From positions 16,627-80,626 of IMG/VR virus record IMGVR_UViG_3300005805_000068: 64,000 nt of DNA; one strand, given 5' to 3'. Below are positions 35,555-45,078 of the stretch, piece after piece. The first letter of the stretch is position 1. Every line of letters starts with the position of its first letter. This stretch comes from a virus (Duplodnaviria; Caudoviricetes). The notes beneath the pieces were generated by a model. That model saw only the letters and a program-made list of their open reading frames with translations. It was not told the DNA's origin and did not search any database. The position numbers and the translations under genes are program-made.

Positions 35555-38224
35555 ATGAGTTACGTAGATGCTTTCTATGATAGAGAGCAAGATATCATTC
35601 GCATCGTTGAACGTGATGAAAATGGTCAACGACATTTCAAAGAATATGCACCAAGGCATATCTTCTACTTTGCAGATCCAAAAGGTAAACATCAGAGTAT
35701 TAAAGGAGAACCTCTTACTCGTGTAACCTGTAAAAACATCAAAGAATTACGCAAAGAACTTGCTATTCATAATAACAAAAAACTTTATGAAAGCGATATC
35801 AATCCAATCTATCGTTGTTTAGAAGATAACTATCTTAATGTTGATGCTCCAAAATTAAATATAGCGTTCTTCGACATTGAGGTTGACTTTGACCCAGACC
35901 GTGGGTATGCAAGTCCAGATGATGCGTTCATGCCAATTACTGCTATTGCAGTACATCTACAATGGTTGGATACTTTAGTTTGTCTAGCACTTCCACCTAA
36001 AACATTAAGTATGGAAGAAGCGCAACGTCAAGTTGAAGAATTTCCTAATACCTTACTCTTCGAAAGCGAAGCAGACATGCTTGATACCTTTCTTAATTTA
36101 ATCGAAGATGCTGATGTGTTAAGTGGTTGGAACTCAGAAGGCTTTGATATTCCATATACCGTTAATCGTGTGACCAAGGTGCTGTCAAAAGAAGACACAC
36201 GCAGATTTTGCTTATGGAATCAATATCCTAAAAAACGTGAATATGAAAAATACGGTAAGATGTCAGTAACATATGACTTTATCGGACGTGTTCATATGGA
36301 TAGTTTAGAATTATATCGAAAATATACCTATGAAGAAAGACATACCTATCGATTAGATGCTATTGCTGAATACGAATTAGGTAAAACTAAAACACAATAT
36401 GAAGGCACCCTAGATCAATTATACAACAATGACTTTAAAAAGTTTATCGAATATAATAGAAATGACACAATGCTTCTTGACAATTTAGATAAGAAACTTA
36501 AATTCTTAGATCTTGCTAATACAATCGCGCATGAAAATACAGTTTTACTTCAAACTACAATGGGTGCAGTAGCAGTTACTGAACAAGCTATTATCAATGA
36601 AGCACATCGCAGAGGTATGATTGTTCCTAATCGTTTAAGAATGGATGATCGAGGTGATACACAGGCTGCTGGTGCGTATGTTGCCTACCCTAAAAAAGGC
36701 ATTCACGAATGGATCGGCTCACTGGATATTAATTCACTGTATCCATCTGCAATTCGTGCATTAAATATGGGTCCAGAAACTATCGTTGGACAGTTACGTC
36801 AAGATGGTACTAAAGATTATATCGCTGCGGAAATAGGCAAGGGGAAATCATTCGCTAGTGCCTGGGAAGGTATGTTTGGCAGTGTTGAATACTTATCTGT
36901 AATGAATAAAGAAGTAGGCAGAGAAATTACCATCGATTGGGAAGGCGGAGGCGAAGATACTCTTAGTGCGTCACAAGTTTATGATCTAATATTCGAAAGC
37001 GGTCAACCTTGGATGCTTTCAGCTAACGGTACTATCTTTACTTATGAAACAGAGGGTATTATTCCAGGATTACTCAAACGTTGGTATGCTGAACGTAAAG
37101 ACATGCAGGCCAAACTAAAAGAATGTATCAAGAATGGTAATAAGATTGAAGAAGAATACTGGGACAAGCGACAGCTAGTTAAGAAGATTAACCTAAATAG
37201 TTTGTATGGTGCTATTCTTAATGCAGGATGTCGTTTCTTTGATAATCGTATCGGTCAGTCTACTACGCTTACTGGGCGACAAGTAGTTAAACACATGGCT
37301 GCAAAAATCAATGAGATCATCACAGGCGAGTATGATTATGTAGGTAAAGCAGTTATTTACGGTGACACTGACTCATGTTATTTTTCAGCATATTCTACTC
37401 TACGCAAAGAAATCGAATCGGGAAATATTCCATGGAATAGGGAAAGTGTTGTTGAATTGTACGATACTATCGCCGAAGAAGTTAACGGAACGTTTGTTAA
37501 ATTCATGGGTGATGCGTTTCACTGTCCTAAAACACGCGGAGAAGTTATTAAAGGTGGACGTGAGATCGTAGCAAGTAAAGGATTATTCATTACTAAAAAA
37601 CGTTATGCCGTATTATATTATGACAAAGAAGGCAAACGTTCAGATACAGATGGTAAGCCTGGAAAGATAAAGGCTATGGGGCTTGACCTAAAACGTTCAG
37701 ATACACCTGTGGTTATTCAAGATTTCTTAAGCGAAGTGTTGACCAAAGTGCTAAATGGAGCACCAAAAGAAGAAGTTTTAGACTATATCACTGATTTTAG
37801 AACAGAGTTTAAAACAAGACCTGGTTGGGAAAAAGGCAGTCCTAAACGTGCCAATAATATTTCAGAATATCGTGAAAAAGAAAAGAAAGCAGGTAAAACT
37901 AACATGCCCGGACACGTTCGTGCTAGTTTAAATTGGAATACTCTAAAACGTATGTATGAAGACAAATATTCGATGAATATTGTTGACGGTGCGAAAGTAA
38001 TTGTATGTAAACTTAAAGATAATCCGATGGCATATACCTCGGTGGCATATCCTGTAGATGAATTACGTTTACCACAATGGTTCAAAGACTTACCATTCGA
38101 CGATGCTGAAATGGAAAGTACCGTTATTGATGAAAAGTTAGGGAACTTAATTGGTGTTCTAGAATGGGATATCAGTTCAACACGCAGTGATAACAATTTT
38201 AACAAATTATTTGATTTTGAATAA
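35555..38224 (+). CDS. polB: Family B DNA polymerase (T4 gp43-like) with 3'-5' exonuclease
   Basis: FFDIEV, GWNSEGFD, SLDINSLYPS, KKINLNSLYG, YGDTDS and KKRYA motifs. No intein or intron interruption evident. Confidence 0.97.
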   Translation: MSYVDAFYDREQDIIRIVERDENGQRHFKEYAPRHIFYFADPKGKHQSIKGEPLTRVTCKNIKELRKELAIHNNKKLYESDINPIYRCLEDNYLNVDAPKLNIAFFDIEVDFDPDRGYASPDDAFMPITAIAVHLQWLDTLVCLALPPKTLSMEEAQRQVEEFPNTLLFESEADMLDTFLNLIEDADVLSGWNSEGFDIPYTVNRVTKVLSKEDTRRFCLWNQYPKKREYEKYGKMSVTYDFIGRVHMDSLELYRKYTYEERHTYRLDAIAEYELGKTKTQYEGTLDQLYNNDFKKFIEYNRNDTMLLDNLDKKLKFLDLANTIAHENTVLLQTTMGAVAVTEQAIINEAHRRGMIVPNRLRMDDRGDTQAAGAYVAYPKKGIHEWIGSLDINSLYPSAIRALNMGPETIVGQLRQDGTKDYIAAEIGKGKSFASAWEGMFGSVEYLSVMNKEVGREITIDWEGGGEDTLSASQVYDLIFESGQPWMLSANGTIFTYETEGIIPGLLKRWYAERKDMQAKLKECIKNGNKIEEEYWDKRQLVKKINLNSLYGAILNAGCRFFDNRIGQSTTLTGRQVVKHMAAKINEIITGEYDYVGKAVIYGDTDSCYFSAYSTLRKEIESGNIPWNRESVVELYDTIAEEVNGTFVKFMGDAFHCPKTRGEVIKGGREIVASKGLFITKKRYAVLYYDKEGKRSDTDGKPGKIKAMGLDLKRSDTPVVIQDFLSEVLTKVLNGAPKEEVLDYITDFRTEFKTRPGWEKGSPKRANNISEYREKEKKAGKTNMPGHVRASLNWNTLKRMYEDKYSMNIVDGAKVIVCKLKDNPMAYTSVAYPVDELRLPQWFKDLPFDDAEMESTVIDEKLGNLIGVLEWDISSTRSDNNFNKLFDFE

Positions 38225-38231
38225 AATAAAT

Positions 38232-38260
38232 TTGCTTTTTATTCAAAACCTAAATATAAT
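38232..38260 (+). promoter_or_regulatory. sigma70-like promoter for the clamp/tgt-like unit
   Basis: TTGCTT (38232-37), N17, TATAAT (38255-60). Confidence 0.65.
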
Positions 38261-38287
38261 AGTAGTATACACATGGAGGTAATTTAA

Positions 38288-39025
38288 ATGAAAGACATTC
38301 TATCAGATATCGTTAGTCACACACAAAACTTAGGTTTTTTAACCACAGTTAAAGTTACAGGCACAGCAGAAGGCACTACAATCAACTCAATGGCTGATGA
38401 CCGTTCGGTTATCATGGAGGCAGAAACAGCAAATCCATACCCGGACATGTTAGGCACATTTGGTATGCCACAATTACAAAAATTAAAATATTTACTTGAT
38501 GGTAGTGAATATAAAGAAAATGCAAAGATTACTATTACTAACGCAGAACGCAACGGCGAAACTGTGCCAGTAGGTATACATTTTGAAAACAAAGATGGCG
38601 ACTTTAAGAACGATTATCGGTTTATGTCACAAGAAATTATCAACGAAAAGATGAAAACTGTTAAGTTCCGCGGTGTTAAGTGGGACGTTGAAGTTGAACC
38701 AAGCGTAGCAGCAGTGCAGCGTTTCAATTTCCAAGCAGGTGCCAATAACGAACATCCAACATTCTTAGCAAAAACAGATGGTGGTAACTTAAAGTTTATT
38801 TTTGGTGATGCGTCAACACATGGCGGTGAGTTTATTTTTGCACAAAATGTTGAAGGTAAATTAGATCGTGGCTGGACTTGGCCAGTGCTTCCGATCTTAA
38901 GCATCTTAAAAATTGCTGATGTAAACAACACTAAAATGAGTTTGAGTAACGAAGGTGCTATTCAGATCACTCTTGATAGCGGTTTAGCAACTTACAAATA
39001 CATTATTCCAGCACAGGCTGCTTAA
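38288..39025 (+). CDS. Sliding clamp (gp45/PCNA-like)
   Basis: 245 aa alternating alpha/beta protein directly after the polymerase. C-terminal YKYIIPA. Confidence 0.65.
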   Translation: MKDILSDIVSHTQNLGFLTTVKVTGTAEGTTINSMADDRSVIMEAETANPYPDMLGTFGMPQLQKLKYLLDGSEYKENAKITITNAERNGETVPVGIHFENKDGDFKNDYRFMSQEIINEKMKTVKFRGVKWDVEVEPSVAAVQRFNFQAGANNEHPTFLAKTDGGNLKFIFGDASTHGGEFIFAQNVEGKLDRGWTWPVLPILSILKIADVNNTKMSLSNEGAIQITLDSGLATYKYIIPAQAA

Positions 39026-39026
39026 T

Positions 39027-40646
39027 ATGAAATCACCCGTCAATTTAACTCCACTACAAAAGGACTACGCAGTTTACCTCCCTGCGATTAGTTCTTTTTA
39101 TAGTACCTATGTTGCCAAACAAAGGTTAGAAGAGTTTGTACCAAACGATCGTATTCCTAAAGGGTTCGATCGTGGCATCGAAGGTATGAACTTTCTAAAT
39201 GCAGATCAAGGATATTTTACATACAAGTATGCACTATATTCAGCAGGGCATGCACAACTAGACTTACAAAAAAGTCTTACTCAAGAATCAATGATTCAAG
39301 ATCGCGATCGCGGTAATACGATGATCTTAGGTGACTCCGGCGGGTATCAGATTGGTAAAGGTGTTCTTAAGTTTGACTGGTTAAACTTTGAAGGTGCAGA
39401 AGCTACTAAGACTCGTCAGAAAATTCTTGAATGGTTAGAACTTACTGCTGATTGGTCCATGATGCTGGACGTTCCAACGTGGGCATGTGATCATATTCAC
39501 AGTCCAAAAACTGGATTGAAGACATTTGAAGATTGTTTAGAAAAGACTCGTTACAATAACGATTATTTCTTAATGAATCGGTTAGGAGCCACTAAATGGC
39601 TTAATGTACTACAAGGTTCAGATTGGGATACTGCTGAGAAATGGTATAACGGTGTTAAAGAGTTTAGCGATCCAAATGGCAAGTATGCTGGACGTGAAGC
39701 AGAAGGGTGGGCCATGGGTGGTGCTAATATGTGTAAAATGGACATTACTCTCAAACGTCTAATGACCATGCGTGATGAAGAAATGCTTACAGGTAAGAAC
39801 TGGATTCACTTCTTGGGAACAGCACAATTAGATTGGTCGTGTTATCTAACACAGATCCAACGTCAAATACGCAAACATATCAATCCAGAACTTACTATTA
39901 GTTTTGACTGTGCAAGTCCGTTTATTGCTACAGCGCATGGACTTGTTTACACAAACGCACAACATACTAACAAGCGTTGGTCAGTTATTATGGACAAGGC
40001 ACCAGACAATAAAGGACTTTCCGGAAGTGATATTCCATTTCCGTTTGAAAGCGAATTTGCAAGTCGTTTAACAATGGGTGATATTGCATATTATGATTAC
40101 GGTGTTCGCAAGACTGATGAAGAACTTGGCGGTGTTAAATTTAATCATTTAGATCCAACACATTACAATGTTGTACCTAAACTTAACAAATTAGGTAAGA
40201 TACCAAACAAGACTAGTTGGGATAGTTTTAGTTATGCACTAATGATGGGGCATAACGTTGAATGTCATATTAAAGCAGTACAACGTGCTCAACAGTTAAT
40301 GGACATTGAATGCGCTAGATTTAAACCAGACTGGCGAATGAAGAGCATCGAAGGTAAGAAAGAAATCGAATTTAGCGATTGGGTTCCTAATAAGATTTTA
40401 TACTTTGGTACATTCGTTGAAGAACTGTTTAACACCAAGACTAAAGCAGAAGCATTTGATATGATCGAAACTGCTGGACAATTCTTGAAATCATTAGAAG
40501 GTGCTCGATTACAAGGTGGTCCTGCTGCTAATACATTTGGTAGTTTGTTTGATTTTGACGATGGTAAGAAATCAGGTGAAATTGATTTTTCAAATCCAGA
40601 CGATGACGAATTAAACAATCTCGAACACGAACTAAATGGTGACTAA
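39027..40646 (+). CDS. TGT-fold protein, putative DpdA-like DNA deazaguanine transglycosylase
   Basis: LGDSGGYQ, MMLDVP, NVLQG, HFLG and FDCASP align with the TGT catalytic motifs. Surrounded by preQ0/CDG synthesis genes. Confidence 0.7.
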   Translation: MKSPVNLTPLQKDYAVYLPAISSFYSTYVAKQRLEEFVPNDRIPKGFDRGIEGMNFLNADQGYFTYKYALYSAGHAQLDLQKSLTQESMIQDRDRGNTMILGDSGGYQIGKGVLKFDWLNFEGAEATKTRQKILEWLELTADWSMMLDVPTWACDHIHSPKTGLKTFEDCLEKTRYNNDYFLMNRLGATKWLNVLQGSDWDTAEKWYNGVKEFSDPNGKYAGREAEGWAMGGANMCKMDITLKRLMTMRDEEMLTGKNWIHFLGTAQLDWSCYLTQIQRQIRKHINPELTISFDCASPFIATAHGLVYTNAQHTNKRWSVIMDKAPDNKGLSGSDIPFPFESEFASRLTMGDIAYYDYGVRKTDEELGGVKFNHLDPTHYNVVPKLNKLGKIPNKTSWDSFSYALMMGHNVECHIKAVQRAQQLMDIECARFKPDWRMKSIEGKKEIEFSDWVPNKILYFGTFVEELFNTKTKAEAFDMIETAGQFLKSLEGARLQGGPAANTFGSLFDFDDGKKSGEIDFSNPDDDELNNLEHELNGD

Positions 40647-40647
40647 T

Positions 40648-40821
40648 ATGTATGAACTTCGAATCGCAGAATTAGAAAAGGCTCATAAAAATTTAGATAG
40701 GCATATAAAAGAAATAGAAAAGTCGGGAGACTTTGATGATATTAAGCTAAAAGAACTTAAGAAAAAGAAATTATTCTTAAAAGATGTAATTGCTGAACTC
40801 AAAATAAAGGATCAAACATGA
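40648..40821 (+). CDS. YdcH/DUF465-like small coiled-coil protein
   Basis: RIAELEKAHKNLDRHIKE...LKKKKLFLKDVIAEL. Confidence 0.65.
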   Translation: MYELRIAELEKAHKNLDRHIKEIEKSGDFDDIKLKELKKKKLFLKDVIAELKIKDQT

Positions 40822-40988
40822 CAGAAGAAAGATTACAATATCTCGAAAGAGTACTCAGCGATATTGATAAAAAAATCGCTAGCAAGTATAGTCACTTTTT
40901 AGATGATTCTGGACTTTCAAAGATTAAACAAGAACGAAATAATGTAATAGACGAAATAAATCAATTAAAGGCAATCAATGAAACGTGA
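40818..40988 (+). CDS. 56-aa second YdcH-like coiled-coil protein (not in ORF track)
   Basis: MTEERLQYLERVLSDIDKKI...KIKQERNNVIDEINQLKAINET. ATGA overlap. Confidence 0.5.
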   Translation: MTEERLQYLERVLSDIDKKIASKYSHFLDDSGLSKIKQERNNVIDEINQLKAINET

Positions 40989-41496
40989 TTATGACACAGG
41001 CGAAGCAACGGGTATAGAATTCTTTACAGGAGTAGAAATTGAAAAAACTCCTGCATACGGAATGATGACTTTGTTTATTGTTGGAGTTCAGGCTCCGGAG
41101 AAGATATTGGAACTTGCCACACTATATGAATGCAAGCACATATACTTCGGAGCCAATCAATCTTACAATCCAAAAGATACAAACGAAATGTTTGTTTGGG
41201 ATCGCATGATTATGGATTGTTTAGAGGCTGGCTTATGGTGTACTTTGGATTTTGACGTTCGTTGGGTTGAAGATGTTATCGAAGGCGGAATAGTTGAACA
41301 ACGTAGATTTATTCCGCAGATTTCGGTAAAAATTCCTTACTTGACACAACTAGGATATAATGCTACAATAAAGATTGATGATAAAGATTTTTCGGCAACG
41401 AATCCGGGTGTTTGGTGTCACAGACTTCGTGATTTAACAACGACACAAACATTTACAGATTGGGATCAATACGGTAAGGATAAAATCATAAAATGA
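40978..41496 (+). CDS. Conserved hypothetical protein in the deazaguanine region
   Basis: 172 aa with HIYFGANQS and NPGVWCH motifs. Confidence 0.7.
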   Translation: MKRDYDTGEATGIEFFTGVEIEKTPAYGMMTLFIVGVQAPEKILELATLYECKHIYFGANQSYNPKDTNEMFVWDRMIMDCLEAGLWCTLDFDVRWVEDVIEGGIVEQRRFIPQISVKIPYLTQLGYNATIKIDDKDFSATNPGVWCHRLRDLTTTQTFTDWDQYGKDKIIK

Positions 41497-41783
41497 AATT
41501 CTTAAGACGCTGGATCAATAATTGGTTAAACACAGACGATTATGATGATTTAGTCTGTAGATCTGAAACTCCTTCTATAGGGTATAACACTTTCGAAACT
41601 CAAGGATTTAATCTGCGTATCTGGCGTGCTGATGGTGGAACTATCGTAGAAAGCAATTATTACAGTAGAAAAAAAGATCAAGGCAATAATAAATTGTATA
41701 TTATCACTGATGAAAAAGATCTCGGACAAGAGCTTGCTAAGATTGTTACCATCGAAGGATTGAAACACAATGAGCATTATTAG
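41493..41783 (+). CDS. Hypothetical protein
   Basis: 96 aa with ATGA overlap. Confidence 0.6.
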   Translation: MKFLRRWINNWLNTDDYDDLVCRSETPSIGYNTFETQGFNLRIWRADGGTIVESNYYSRKKDQGNNKLYIITDEKDLGQELAKIVTIEGLKHNEHY

Positions 41784-42147
41784 ACAAGATATAAGACCTG
41801 CTAAATTTATTTGGGTTACTTTTCAAAAGGAAGGTATTCATAAATATCCGGCAGCATTAGAAGATCCTAATCTAGCAGATGTTAGTTTCTTAGGATATCC
41901 ACATAGACATATATTCCATTTTAAAGTATGGATCGGTGTTGAGCATAATGATCGAGATATTGAATTTATACAATTTAAACGTTGGTTAGAATCATTATAC
42001 AACGATGCTACATTAAGTTTAGACTATAAAAGTTGTGAAATGATGTCAGATGATTTGTATGAAAAGATTCACGAAAGATATTCAGATCGTGAGGTTTGGA
42101 TTGAAGTAAGTGAAGACGGAGAGAACGGTTCGTTCATAAAATATTAA
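41770..42147 (+). CDS. QueD/PTPS-like T-fold protein (putative CPH4 synthase)
   Basis: H...HRHIFHFKV.I...DRDIEF...K....SCE metal-binding pattern. Context with folE and queE. Confidence 0.6.
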   Translation: MSIIRQDIRPAKFIWVTFQKEGIHKYPAALEDPNLADVSFLGYPHRHIFHFKVWIGVEHNDRDIEFIQFKRWLESLYNDATLSLDYKSCEMMSDDLYEKIHERYSDREVWIEVSEDGENGSFIKY

Positions 42148-43244
42148 TGTCTAAAATATTCTTAGTTGATCTAGAAGCAGTTGAATCGAGGTATACAGGA
42201 CAATGGAAATTTCATGTACCTAATCTATTAAAGGAGAAAGGACACGACATTCATATCATCAGTGGACCCGCTGATATTCCAAGTGCTACTACCCCTGGTG
42301 CTTTTCTTAATTTTGGTGGCACTAATATATACAAAGCCCGTCAAGTCGAGCAGATCGGAAGGTTGTTTTGCTCTGGTGCTGTCAAGCCTGGTGATCACTT
42401 TCTTTTTACTGATGCATGGCATCCTGGAATTATTAATCTAAAATATATGAGCGAGTTGCTTGGAATAAAAGTAACCATTCATGCACTTTGGCATGCTGGT
42501 AGTTATGACCCACAAGATTTTTTAGGCAGATTGATTGGTAATGCTCCTTGGGTTAGAAATGCTGAAAAGAGTTTCTTTCATGCTATTGATCATAACTACT
42601 TTGCTACAGACTTCCATATTAAAATGTTCTTTGAAAATCTACTACAAAGTGGATTGATGTTAGAACATGCTTGGGCAGAAGAAGAATTTAAAGAACTACA
42701 AGAAGAAGGAAAGATTGTACGCACAGGATGGCCTATGGAATATATGTCAGACACGTTGCTTATGTATAAAAACATGCCTAAGCGTGATTTAATTTTGTTC
42801 CCACATCGTATTGCACCAGAAAAACAGGTTGAGATTTTCCGTGATTTGAAAGAACATTTAACTCAATACGAATTTGTTATTTGTCAAGATCAACAACTTA
42901 CAAAGAACGCATATCATAATTTGTTAGGTGAAGCAAAATTAGTATTCAGTGCTAACTTGCAAGAAACTTTAGGTATTAGTATGTATGAAGGTAGTCTAGT
43001 AGATTCTATTCCTATGGTACCAGATCGTTTATCATATAAAGAAATGTTTGCAGACGTTTGGAAATATCCAAGTGAATGGACAGAATCTTGGGGAATGTAT
43101 GTTAAACATCGAAAAGAACTATGTGATAAAATTATAGATTTTATGGAAAATTATAGAGAATATTCTAAATCTATTCCACAACAATCACATAGTTTAAATG
43201 AGCACTTTTTTAGTTGCAAACCGCTTCTAGAGAAGTTAAAATAA
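42147..43244 (+). CDS. GT-B fold glycosyltransferase
   Basis: FPHRIAPEKQ and ANLQETLGISMYEG (ExxG...E) GT4-like C-terminal motifs. Confidence 0.75.
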   Translation: MSKIFLVDLEAVESRYTGQWKFHVPNLLKEKGHDIHIISGPADIPSATTPGAFLNFGGTNIYKARQVEQIGRLFCSGAVKPGDHFLFTDAWHPGIINLKYMSELLGIKVTIHALWHAGSYDPQDFLGRLIGNAPWVRNAEKSFFHAIDHNYFATDFHIKMFFENLLQSGLMLEHAWAEEEFKELQEEGKIVRTGWPMEYMSDTLLMYKNMPKRDLILFPHRIAPEKQVEIFRDLKEHLTQYEFVICQDQQLTKNAYHNLLGEAKLVFSANLQETLGISMYEGSLVDSIPMVPDRLSYKEMFADVWKYPSEWTESWGMYVKHRKELCDKIIDFMENYREYSKSIPQQSHSLNEHFFSCKPLLEKLK

Positions 43245-43282
43245 GTAATACGCCAATCCACTGGCTTAACATCGGAGACAAA

Positions 43283-43981
43283 ATGTCAGAAAAGCATCTA
43301 AGCGAAGCCATTCGCGAACAAATGAAGCAACATGGTAAAAGATTCTGGGCAGGTGATAATATCTCAGAATATATTACTAGTCCTCAAGATAAAGAAATCT
43401 TAATCAACGAAGCAACTATTGCATTTGAAAAGGTACTAGATACCTTGCTGATTGATCGAGAAAATGATCCAAATTCAAAAGGTACAGCTCGTCGTCTTGC
43501 TAAAATGTATTTTAATGAAATCATGGCTGGTCGATACGAACCATCTCCTGATGCTACAAGTTTTCCTAATGATACTGATGATCGATATGAAGGTATGCTC
43601 GTAGTACGTAGTGAACTTCGTAGCATGTGCAGTCATCATCATCAACCAGTCGCTGGAGTTGCTTATATTGGTATTATTGCAGCTCAACATCTAATTGGAT
43701 TATCTAAATATACACGTATCGCTCAATGGTGTGCTCGTCGTGGTACACTACAAGAAGAACTTGCCAACGATATTGCCCGTGAAATAATGAAAGCCACAGG
43801 TAGTGAGAATGTAGCAGTCTATATTCAAGCAACTCATGGTTGCTGTGAGAATCGTGGTATTATGGCACATAGTTCACTTACACAAACAACAGTGTTAAGA
43901 GGAGCATTTAAAGACGATCCAAATACTAAAAAAGAATTCTTTGATAACATTAAACTGCAACAAGAATTTGCTCCGAGATAA
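43283..43981 (+). CDS. folE: GTP cyclohydrolase I
   Basis: SMCSHHHQP, GLSKYTRI, LQEEL and HGCCENRG motifs. GGAG SD before ATG 43283. Confidence 0.93.
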   Translation: MSEKHLSEAIREQMKQHGKRFWAGDNISEYITSPQDKEILINEATIAFEKVLDTLLIDRENDPNSKGTARRLAKMYFNEIMAGRYEPSPDATSFPNDTDDRYEGMLVVRSELRSMCSHHHQPVAGVAYIGIIAAQHLIGLSKYTRIAQWCARRGTLQEELANDIAREIMKATGSENVAVYIQATHGCCENRGIMAHSSLTQTTVLRGAFKDDPNTKKEFFDNIKLQQEFAPR

Positions 43982-44076
43982 TGAAACTTAAAGGTATAAA
44001 CAAATATACTATTTTAATTTTGGCAATATTCTTATTGATATGTCTAATTACCATTCCTATATTAAAAATTTTATGA
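43981..44076 (+). CDS. 31-aa single-pass membrane peptide (not in ORF track)
   Basis: MKLKGINKYTILILAIFLLICLITIPILKIL. TAATG overlap with folE and ATGA overlap with the next gene. Confidence 0.5.
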   Translation: MKLKGINKYTILILAIFLLICLITIPILKIL

Positions 44077-44507
44077 TAATTCCCTTACGCGATGATCTAA
44101 TGGTACAGGAACAACTACCAGCCACAAACCCATACATACGAGGATGGCAACATATGGTAGCAGTGATCATGCTCAACCAAACTGGTCGTATTCCTGTCAA
44201 ACAGATCCTTCCTTTATTCCTGAGCAAGTGGCCTACTCCGCAACAATTTGCCGCTTTTGGCGAGGAACAAGCTGTCAAGGATATCATTTGGAGTCTAGGT
44301 ATGATGAATGTAAGATATACTAGACTAAAGAGAATGACTCAGGACTACTTAATATGGGACATGAACGATGCTACAAAATTATACGGTATTGGAAAATACG
44401 GTAGTGATAGTTATGAAATATTTTTCAAACATAATTACACCGTACATCCTACAGACAAAGAATTAATTAGATATTTAGAGGAAATTTATGAACAAGCGTG
44501 TAGTTAG
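44073..44507 (+). CDS. MBD4-like HhH DNA glycosylase
   Basis: W..MVAVIMLNQT...KWPTP...LG....R...LYGIGKYGSDSYEIF...VHPTDKEL..Y closely resembles the recalled MBD4 catalytic domain (LHGIGKYGNDSYRIF..VHPEDHKL). Confidence 0.8.
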   Translation: MIIPLRDDLMVQEQLPATNPYIRGWQHMVAVIMLNQTGRIPVKQILPLFLSKWPTPQQFAAFGEEQAVKDIIWSLGMMNVRYTRLKRMTQDYLIWDMNDATKLYGIGKYGSDSYEIFFKHNYTVHPTDKELIRYLEEIYEQACS

Positions 44508-45078
44508 TTGGAATGAGTATCAAGGACTAGTAGGAAAAATTGCCCGAGATATTGTTATTAGCGGATGGCGACCGGATTATATTGTAGGAATCACTAGAGG
44601 TGGTTGTTTACCTGCGGTAATGTTAAGTCATTATTTTGATGTGCCTTGCGAAACACTTAAAGTTAGTCTTCGCGATCATTCATCAACTGAAAGTAATACT
44701 TGGATGGCTGAAGATGCGTTAGGATCTCAATCGAGAGAAAGATTTGTCGCAGATGAAAACGATATTGGTAGTATATTAGAAACCGCTAGCGGATTATTAG
44801 AAGAAGGCGGTAATTTTAAAAATATTCTAATTGTTGACGATATGAACGATAGTGGTGCTACTATTAATTGGATAATCCAAGATTGGCAGGCTAGTTGTTT
44901 CCCTGGTGATCCTAGTTGGGAAGAGGTTTGGAATGGTAATGTAAAATTTGCTGTGTTGTTCGACAATTTAGGGTCTAACTGTAATGTTAAAATGGATTTT
45001 GTCGGGGAAGAAGTTAACAAAGAAGCAGAAAATAACATTTGGATTGATTTTCCGTATGAAGATTGGTGGGCAAAATGA
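44488..45078 (+). CDS. Purine phosphoribosyltransferase (Gpt/Hpt-like)
   Basis: IVGITRGG, the PRPP motif ILIVDDMNDSGAT, and WIDFPYE. Confidence 0.85.
   Translation: MNKRVVSWNEYQGLVGKIARDIVISGWRPDYIVGITRGGCLPAVMLSHYFDVPCETLKVSLRDHSSTESNTWMAEDALGSQSRERFVADENDIGSILETASGLLEEGGNFKNILIVDDMNDSGATINWIIQDWQASCFPGDPSWEEVWNGNVKFAVLFDNLGSNCNVKMDFVGEEVNKEAENNIWIDFPYEDWWAK

Noticed and set aside
18203-38224. Eukaryotic giant-virus (NCLDV) or archaeal origin suggested by the RFC, PolB, MBD4-like and glycan genes
   Set aside because: SD sequences, sigma70 and T4-late-type promoters, operonic overlaps, spanins/holin/endolysin and baseplate genes all indicate a bacteriophage.
41341-41361. TTGACA ... TATAAT inside 40978..41496
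   Set aside because: The spacer is only 9 nt and it lies within coding sequence.
43245-43282. Small GCCA-ATCCAC-TGGC hairpin before folE as a preQ1 riboswitch
   Set aside because: It lacks the class I preQ1 consensus stem/loop and 3' A-rich tail. The stem is only 4 bp.
44035-44063. TTGATA-N17-TATATT possible promoter before the glycosylase
   Set aside because: It lies within a plausible coupled small ORF in very AT-rich DNA, so a chance match cannot be excluded.
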